From contig OZ199838.1 in the NCBI GenBank assembly GCA_964304625.1, forward strand, positions 4,675,354 through 4,739,353: 64,000 nucleotides of DNA, given 5' to 3'. Of this stretch, positions 55,025 to 64,000 are shown in pieces (within the stretch, counting starts at the first letter, position 1; each line of letters starts with the position of its first letter). The DNA is from Kudoa neothunni. Its lineage: Eukaryota; Animalia; Cnidaria. Below the pieces are notes generated by a model. That model was not told where the DNA came from and made no database searches. It was given only the letters and a program-made list of their open reading frames with translations. The translations under genes were made by a program, and so were the position numbers.

Positions 55025-55812
55025 TTAATGATCACATAAAAAGAGATTTTTGCAGTACTCTCTAGAAGAAATTCCAGGATCTCCATCTCTAAGTTTGAGC
55101 CTTGTTATCAGGCATCCGCACAGGTGTAGGATATAATTACACTATTAAGAATTTTAGCTTAATTTTTATGTCGATATTTACAGAAATTCGATGAATTCCT
55201 TCGGAAAATTGACCGCAGAAAGATTCTTTAAAATCAGCAGATACGAACAATTGAGATAGACGCAACTTTTCTTGAAGTACTGTAATGGTGAACGACTAAC
55301 CACCTTTTATATATAACAAATATTTAATATGTTACCGTGCAAAAATGGCAGTTTGGATTGAAGCCGACCTTTATAACTGGGAAAAGATGGTTCTTAAACA
55401 GAATAAATTATGTGGGGGGCTACCTTCACGTTGGCTACATTGATTTGTATCAGAGCATGATATGTGAGAATTAAATTTGTTTATTAGATTGTCTGTAAAA
55501 TTTTGATGGATGAATTGCATTATTGGACACTAAACAATTGAATTGTTTATATAACAAGTAGTACTGTGTGAGGTAATCGGGCACAGAGTCGATGTGTTTG
55601 TTCATACACACCTTTGAACATTGGACTGAAAAAACCTTTGTGGTTGAATACACTCATTTTTATCTAAAAGATACATCTCTACTTCTAATAAATTAGATGT
55701 TTTTACCTTCATAAGAATCATAAAACTAAGAAGAACTGAAACGGTCACTAAATAAAATTACATAATTTTCCGATGTAAGTATAGGAATTATACCCACGAT
55801 ATGAGGTTGCAT
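55025..55812 (-). CDS. Probable secreted saposin-like protein, paralog 2 (7 exons)
   Basis: Spliced product: MQPHIVVTVSVLLSFMILMK^IKMSVFNHKGFFSPMFKGVYEQTHRLCARLPHT^CPIMQFIHQNFTDNLINKFNSHISCSDTNQCSQRE^VIKVGFNPNCHFCT^SFTITVLQEKLRLSQLFVSADFKESFCGQFSEGIHRIS^CNYILHLCGCLITRLKLRDGDPGISSREYCKNLFLCDH*. All introns are GT-AG, at the same positions and phases as paralog 1. Confidence 0.82.
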
Positions 55813-57270
55813 TTTTCCCAAACAACAATTCTTTATCTTTTAATATACACTTTTTGTTTATTTAATATTGATCTGTTACAAATTCATTTATGAATGATTG
55901 TTTATAGATTTATCTTATAGATACTACGTATAAATTTGATAAAATTGTTATAAATATTGCTGCGTTTTATCGTTTGGTAGTTAAATTTTATAAAACAGTT
56001 TTTATTAACTTATAGATGCAAAAATATTAACTAAAAGCATATTCTAAATGATACATAAACTTAAATTTTTAAATCAACACATATATGAGGATATTTGACC
56101 ATAAAATATTTCTACTGGAAACAATCACCTTACATAATTAACTTCTGAAATAATGATAGGAATGGAGTGATATTTTAATATATTCTTTCCGATGTTTGTT
56201 AAAAGACATGATTTTTCCGGCGGTTCCATGTAAGAATAGAATAACTTTATTAGTATATATACAAAATCGGTGTTATTTGATAATTTGACCCGAGTTTTAT
56301 CAGGCTCTCGTTGACTGAAATTGAATTTAATGTGTAATACTTAATTAGAAAAGTGTTGATTGTATTTTTGTATTAATATTATTATACAATTTCACATATC
56401 TTAGGGTTATCGAGGAAAAAGGACTATTTTTGGTTTCTAAAGCTCGAAATCAAAATTAGAGTAGGATTTTAATGCTAGGGAGTTAAATAAAGTTATGATC
56501 ATTAAACCTTTTTTTGCAGCTAGTTAATTTTAGCTACACTTCATGATAATTATTGCTCATTATGAGGGAATTATGAACTCTCCTTCTTACAGTAATCTAT
56601 TCAATTTAAATTACTTTATTTCGCCCCTGATGGCTCCATGTTTATTGATAATGTAACGATGGCGTTGCATGGAAATACAGACAAAATTCGGCTGATAGAT
56701 TCGAGGCATCAATTAAAAATACAACAAACTTATCTTGGCAACATCGGCGCTCTTTGTTTGTATTATAATATATAAAAACTGTACAATTTATACTATTGTA
56801 GTAAATACAAAACAATTAGATTTTTCAGCCTGTTGGAAATAGCATGTGAGCTAATACGCCAAAAAATTAAAGCATCTTGAGTTTACTAAACAATAATACT
56901 ATTTTCTATAATTTTTAAAATTAGTTAAGCACTTAAGTCTATGATTTTTATATTAAATGTAATAAATTCGTTTTGTTAAATTATTTTTTATATTACTATG
57001 TTTTGTCTTACAAAAATAATTAAAAGTATAATCCATATACCCTATCTCCTTTGTTTATCTTCGCAAATATTAACCACGAACGCAAACAATATTTAGTACT
57101 AAAAAAAAATAAGAAATAAAAATAAATTATTATTTGATTTATTAGATTTAAGTTATTCTTACATGATTTCAGTTTATGTTAATGATTAAATAGCAAAAAA
57201 TAAAAATCTGCTGTCATAATTAGAAACTAAAATAAGTGAAACAGTAATATTTTTTAATATAGTAAACTAA

Positions 57271-58106
57271 TCAATTAGTCGGGTGATCACATAGGAACTT
57301 TGTAAGACAAAGATCATAGTAATTGATTCCGCTATCAGTTTCTTTGATTTTCAATTGACTCAATAAGTATCCAGCAAAATCAAGCATATAAAAGCACTAA
57401 ACTCATTCAATCATACAGCTATAGTAACCGAGAAATACAGCAATTTTGTCATAGTGATGCTGAATATACCCACAAACCATTTGTTGTAAATGTTTGTTCC
57501 TTAGCAGAGAAACGATACGATCCCGTTCGACACAAAGGGTGAATTGAAAGGCCTTTAATATAGTCACCCTTTTTAATATTTAACTCCCAATTTACCTTGC
57601 ACAGTTCACATCTTGGATCTTGAATTACTAAAAACAACTTTAGTTGATCAATAAAATTAAAATATATTTTCTTGAAAGTTCATTCAGTGATTCCATGTAA
57701 ATTAGATCCCTAGATTTTTGTTCAAAGCTTTTACGGATTGACTCCATCAATGGACACTATGATAACTATGGATGTGTAGAAGTAATTTAGCTACTGTGAA
57801 TGGAAGAGATTCACAAGCTTGGGTAGTCAGAGTGCGAAGTGTTAATGTCGTGTTTACTATCAATCTATCATCATTGGTTTTTGAGTTAAATATATCAAAA
57901 TTCTAGGTGTTTATAGAACATACCATGGTAGCCCCTACATACTATAAAACAGTTACCGCGGTTAAATTAGTTTTTGTGTTCCATGGATGTGCTTTCAACC
58001 CATCTAACCACCAACCTAGAAGGCACACTAAACGTAATTAACCCAAAAAGTTCTATCTAGAACAAAATTTTCGTGGAAATAATCCAATACCAATCTTTAA
58101 TTTCAT
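57271..58106 (-). CDS. Probable secreted saposin-like protein, paralog 3 (7 exons; one donor uncertain)
   Basis: Spliced product: MKLKIVCLLGWWLDGLKAHPWNTKTNLTA^NFDIF...TTQACESLPFT^CPLMESI(RKSFEQ...)^IQDPRCELCK^AFQFTLCVERDRIVSLLRNKHLQQMVCGYIQHHYDKIA^CFYMLDFAGYLLSQLKIKETDSGINYYDLCLTKFLCDHPTN*. Confidence 0.78.
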
Positions 58107-59222
58107 TCTAGGGATTAGCGACTAGGACCAAATATTTGAATCTTACAATTTTTTTAATGATTAGTTTATTGAACAATTATCTAAATTGTATGTTGTCTCA
58201 GTCAATTATTTTCAAATGACTATATTTGAAGTTTTGAGGGTATATATGATAAAAAATTCAACTACTGTAAATTTGGGATATTATTGAAGATAATTTTAAT
58301 GTCACAATAATTTACATTAGAGGTTCCGAACAGGCTATGTATCATTTACCTTCTAAGCCTAATATATCTTTTTGTTTACTTCCCTTAGGCTCAATTTTAA
58401 GCCGACATAAAAGTTAGACGCATATTTCGGGTAACAATGCAATGTAGAATGTAACACATTCAATAATGAAAAGGCGCATGCAAAAAAGAGAATAAGAAAA
58501 GACATTAAAAATTATTTATACATTAAATATACATATATAATTGGATAAATCAAAATTATGAAATCTATTTTTCTTCGCATACACAGAACTATTTTTAAAA
58601 AATATCCAGTCCTTTAATTATGAATAATAATAAAATTATTCAGAAAAAGACCATTATCGACTTGAAAAGTGTTGGTTTATCGAAGCAATTAGTGTGTTTA
58701 TTAGTATGAGTGTTGATAAATTTAATGGTTTTCGGATTAAAATAAGTGTTTTTAGAATACTCCTTAAAATATTCAGATAACTCAATAATTATTAACCATA
58801 AAATGAAATATTTTTAATGGAAAATAATTCACACATTATCCTGAATATTAAACAATTTTAAACTCATTTTTATTATAGGTCACCGAAAAATAAAACTAAC
58901 GTTAAGTTATTTCCAAAATAACATTGGCTGAATAAGTTAGAGAAATCAAATTTTGATGATCCATTTATAAGGGTTTTTATGGAATTCATGTTAATATAGC
59001 TAATTTGAGTCAAATTAAATAGCATAATTTCCTATTTAAGTCGTAACAACGAATCATAGCTTCTTTGTTCAAAATACCTAGCAAAGAAAATCATTGTCAC
59101 ATCACGATAAGTTATTACCGTATTATGGTCGTTTGGTGACATGTTTGCATCACAATATCAAACAATTAGGTGTTATAATTGAGATCAGATTATTTTAGAC
59201 CGAGTTACGAAATATTAAACCA

Positions 59223-60697
59223 ATGATTTCACGGAGACACCCCTCATATGCCGGTAGGCTTTACCCCCAGAATGGTTTGCATTTGAAATTAGATGGCTGA
59301 GTTGAATTAGATAATTTATTAGACGCAGAATTGAATACTATGTTGGATAGTTTCGTTTCCGACCATTTTCAATCTGAATCCGAAAAAGATATTCACGTGC
59401 TAATTTTACCGTAATAGTTTTCTTAAAATTAAGTATCTGATCCTACGTTCAGTCATTTCAACTACAAACGAAATGGCCCCACGCTGGCTCATGCATACGG
59501 ACTAGTGAATAATTTGAAGAGAGTGTATTTTTATATTTTTTGATATGTGCTATAAATCGGAATGTAGGAAAAGAGTTTTCGTTCTAGGAGGATCTCATTA
59601 CATCAGGAGTAATCGATTTTTGCTCTCCAGATATTCCTCATTTGCGACGCCATTGGGAAGGTTGAGAGTGGATGCGGGAGGTAATTGGAACTCTACTTAC
59701 TTTTATATTAATTCTTTTTGAAAAAAGTCAGGAGATATTTGGAACGTAGCAATGAATTTGACTACGCAGATGAAACTTTGGACCTAAAAGAATTCTCTAT
59801 AGAAAGCCAACTTCCATTTTTGGTCTATTTGAAAAAAAAGTGTTTTTTTATTTTTTCAGCCGTATGTAAGAAAGCAGTAACCAAACCTGATTAGCTTATA
59901 TCTTTAAAAATTCACCCAAAGATTGCATTAACATAGAAAATAATGAAGCGTTTATAGATATTCTTGTCATTTCAAAATTATCCCGATCTACGTACCTTAT
60001 TGCAAGGATGAAACTTCAAGATTGGATTGTGTCGCCCATATTCTTAGTGAATTTTTCCTCTCCAAAGATAATCTGTTTATTATATCTACAGATATGATGG
60101 AAATTAGTAATTTTGTCGATTACATTTGCATAACTGAAATAACTAACTGTTAGATCCTAGCGTATCTGGCTCAGTAAATTCAAATACAAGTTTAACTGCA
60201 AGAGTCAACTCTGCCAATAAAGTAACATTTATTTTTAATTTTTAAAATCTTTAGAGTGAGCTACATAGTTTTGTTTATTTTTAGTTATTCAACATTATCA
60301 GCCAACTCGATTACTCTAGTTACGTGAACTTTCTAGCCAGCAATAATTGGGACATTTGTGGTAAACATGCTATCGCATTAATTTTCAAGGCATGTCAATA
60401 AAAATTTAGAATTAATAAAAATAACATAATTTGAATTTTTTAAAGGCCCTATATCTGTTAAGAGTTACCCAGTCCCATTATCACCCCGTTAACTATCTCA
60501 AGTCGGTGATGATAAATCCCCAATCCGGCAAGTATAAAAATGAGCTCCATGAACGCAGTGAAGATGTTATTGAAAAACTGGAATTCGTGGCAAAAGATAG
60601 ACTCAATTTACATTGCACCAATAATCAAACTTTTCATGGTTCACCTATGGCTTTGTACACTGAACCAGGTGTAATTGAGTTTTACCAACAAAATTAA
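59223..60697 (+). CDS. MEMO1: Divergent MEMO1 family protein (Memo/AmmeMemoRadiSam B), multi-exon
   Basis: Spliced motifs: MISRRHPSYAGRLYPQNDAELNTMLDSF..VLILPHFNYKRNGPTLAHAY..KRVFVLGGSHY..FATPLGRLRVD..KEFSIESQLPFL..FKIIPIYV..DNLFIISTDMME..QLDYSSYVNFL..DICGKHAI. Confidence 0.85.
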
Positions 60698-61013
60698 AAA
60701 CAAGATTTAGTTTTCTTTACCATAACAATTCCGTTTATAACATTTATTAACTAATTCATTATATGATTTTTCATTTTTGTGCTAAAAAATTTGTTCAAAT
60801 TGTCAAAATGGATAGATTCAAACTAATTACACTCTAAAAATTTGATTGTTTTAATTTTTCACCTTCTTTTTTATAGATATTATATTGTGTAAATCCTAAA
60901 TTTAACCTCTTATTATCGTTATAAACGTCAGCGATATGCTAAAATTCATTTTTCGCCAGTTAGACATTATTCAAAACAGTAATTTCCAATGATATTAAAT
61001 TTTTCATGAAATA

Positions 61014-62545
61014 CAGCCGTGTCTCGATATGTCGTAATATTTTTGGGCAGTGGACAAATTACGCAATAGAAAACATTATTCAATATCGAGACACGCGCGC
61101 AATAAGTTTTTAAGTTAATATTTCTTACAAAATAACTCATTTACTATATAATTTTTTTATTAATTTACTATTAATGTAGCGTACGAAATCCTCAACTTGA
61201 TGTACAGAAAATAATTCATTAGAATTATCGATGAAATAAGTTTTTTTTGCGGATTTATAAGATTTTTTACTCGAAATGTTATATCGATTTCATCGTTGTG
61301 TTTGGGACAAGGATATTCACTTAAAAAAATAAATTTACCTTGATCGTCTTCATTCAAATGTAAAATTTCAACTTGTTCCAATAAAATAATATCATTAACA
61401 TTGTTATCTACACATATGCGTATGCATATGAATATTAAAATTATTCTATTAATTACTTTATAATGTTATTTCATCATCATACTACTTAGAAGTTTTGTCT
61501 TCTTAATTTCTCAATAAAAATGATAAAAAAATCAATTATTTTTGTTTGAAAATAGGCTGTTTATTAACTTAATTACTAATTTTTGAACAGTAACCATCCC
61601 CGAGTCAACTTATACGTAATTAAGGAATCGAGCACGGCATATTTAAATATTTCTGGATCTTCCTCTCCAAGTAGTACATTTATACATAATATTTTTCTCT
61701 AATTGGCCTTTAATCGGCGAATCATTCCCAGATCAATTGGTCGCTTCACACAAGCAGTGTTTTTAGTAGAAATATGAGCACTGTTCTTATAAAATTAAAA
61801 CCGTTCTTTTTTCCTATATGGACCTCCAGTTTATATCTTATAGGATCTGGTAAAATATAGATGAAGATATTCGTCCATTCATTTGCGATTGGCAACAACC
61901 TGAAAGTTCTTTAATTAATCAAAAGCAGCGATTTTTTCATAAAATTATCTCATTACGTGTAATTGTAATTTTTCTTTGGTGATTGTAGCAGTGATAAACA
62001 TCGTAGCACGCTTTTGAATTATTTTACACCCCAACATTGTATTAATTTTTAATAGTGGACTTACGCTGTATCAGCTGTTCATAAAAATGAGCCATCTTAT
62101 CCAAATTTAACATGTATTCCGGATTATATTTTGACAAAATATCTGAAAAATTTCCCATCCATCGATAAATATATTTAAAATCAGCGCTCCCCTCCGTGCA
62201 ATTAGAGTTTTCGGACCGTAACGCCTTCTGCAATTATTAAAATAACTTTCGCTTCCTTTGAAATCTTTTATTCAAATATCTTTGACAATAATACAAGATT
62301 TTCCGATCATCAAAAAAATAGATAATAATTTTTTTCTCGCATTAAGACTACCCAATTGTAAGGATTATTTTAATATCTTTATATTTTCGGGGTTTATATA
62401 TTTTTCGAGATTTTAAAATGTTTGAATCTATGGTTTTATTTTGTTTAAAAACCTTCTATAAAGACTTAAGTAATCTATTTTAAATTATCGAAGAATATTG
62501 AAGTTAATATAATTCGGTAAACCGAAACCTTTTACAGTAATACCA
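61014..62545 (-). mobile_element. Heavily decayed pogo/Tigger element
   Basis: End TA-CAGCCGTGTCTCGATATG. Fragments NLDKMAHFYEQL (62042-62233) and FLLKTLLV..RPIDLGMI (about 61720-61780). The other boundary is approximate. Confidence 0.65.
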
Positions 62546-62587
62546 TGAGTCCCGCGTGTAGAGTTTAAAAATTATAGTAATCAATTA

Positions 62588-64000
62588 CAGTCAGTGACCG
62601 GTTTTACGTACTTTTAAATATCACATTTATTTTACAAATTATATCATGAACAAGTAAATAATATATTTACTAACACATTTATTTATAAATTTCAATGAAA
62701 AAACTTTATATGCACCTAAATTTTGCAATCAAAATATCACGTGATTCACAAATTTTACGCATCTTTTCTGACCAAATTGGTTTATAGTTTTCATAAAAGT
62801 GACGTAAATGGCTAATAAAAATAAATCTAAGAATAAAACAATTGAAGAGAAATATAAAATTATTAAATATTTTCATGGAATCACCTCAAGAAGTGCGAAG
62901 GTTGCTACTATAAAACATTTTAATATATCAACAATATCCACTCTTAATGGTATTTTAAAAAATGAAGAGAAAATTATAGACATGTTTGAGGGGGGATTGG
63001 TTTGTAAAAATAGGAAAAATCTAAATGATGGCACCAATATTTCCCTCGATGAATGTGTCTATAATTGGATATACTGGGTGCGATCAAAAAAAATTGAATT
63101 AACTGCCACCGACATCAGTGATAAGAGAAACGAAATTGCCAGAGAAAAGAATTTACCATCAAATGCAACATACGGTTGGTTTCGATGTTTTAAGTCGAGA
63201 TTTAATCTCAAAAAAATAAATTTCCATGGCGAAGCGGCTGACATTGACCCATGTACAAGTTCTGAATGGCTTTCTCAACTCAAAAACTTATGTGAAGGAT
63301 ATAGTGATGATTGTATCTATAATATAGATGAAACCGCGTTGTTTTATCAGCAACAACGAGGTATATTTTTTCATTTGTCATACTTGCATATTTTATATAA
63401 GTAAAAGTTATGTAAGCTCCATAGAAAGTCATACAAAAGGAACAAGAAAGTTTAAAAAACGAATAACCGTTTTGTTCGGTGCATCACTGAGCGGAGAAAA
63501 ACTTGAACCTTTGGTTATTGGACCTAGTCGAAAGCCCAGATGCTTTAAAAATATAAATAGCCTTCCAGTTTTATATGAATCCAACAAGAAGTCTTGGATG
63601 ACTAGTGAAATCTTCCTAAGATATCTAACTAAAATCAATTCTATTTTCACGAAAAAAAATAAAAATGTTCTAATTTTTTTAGATAATGCAACCTCTCACC
63701 AAAAAAAACTATTCAGTAACATAAAGCTGATCTTTTTACCCCAAAATACCACTAGTTTATTGCAACCCCTAGATCAAGGGATTATTCACTCATTCAAATG
63801 TGCATATAAGAGGAAAATGATCAAAAAATATATTTCATGTATTGAGGTGGGACTAGAACCAACTCCACCAACCATTTTAGATGCGATGATGTTGATTAAA
63901 CAAGCGTGGGAATGTGTAAGCGTATCCACCATCATAAATTGCTTTCAGAAAGCTGGGTTTTCATCTCGACAAACGGTCCCTGTCAAAACTAACAGCATTT
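62588..64000 (+). mobile_element. pogo/Tigger transposon with apparently open, one-intron transposase (runs off window)
   Basis: End TA-CAGTCAGTGACCGG. CDS 62808-63360, intron 63361-63424, then 63425->64000. Motifs GWFRCFKSRFNL, YNIDETALFY, KKRITVLF, SNKKSWMT, LDNATSH and FLPQNTTSLLQPLDQGII. Confidence 0.9.

Noticed and set aside
59223-59680. Prokaryote-like MEMO motifs (AGRLYP, TPLG) as evidence of horizontal transfer
   Set aside because: The gene is intron-rich, and two short motifs in a divergent protein are insufficient without a phylogeny.
1-64000. CRISPR array, rRNA, tRNA or alternative genetic code
   Set aside because: No repeat-spacer pattern or RNA gene signature was seen, and the genes translate with the standard code once introns are removed.

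Overview
AT-rich eukaryotic (animal) genomic DNA with compact genes and very short spliceosomal introns (about 40-65 nt), embedded in decayed and nested DNA transposons (piggyBac, pogo/Tigger, Tc1/IS630-like, hAT, Merlin/IS1595-like, Helitron, MITEs). The style suggests a reduced parasitic metazoan such as a myxozoan; this is inference only. Host genes reconstructed by manual splicing are a FoxK-like forkhead factor (5' truncated), NIFK/Nop15, a highly divergent beta-catenin, an unknown multi-exon gene, a divergent MEMO1, and three tandem 7-exon paralogs. The three paralogs (52.6-58.1 kb, minus strand) are almost invisible in the ORF track and encode probable secreted saposin-like proteins; they are the best candidate for an undescribed system. 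The beta-catenin has a degenerate beta-TrCP degron (NSGMVS) and lacks the K312-equivalent lysine, and it lies between two nearly identical 1.3-kb inverted repeats. All exon models and motif comparisons were made by eye.
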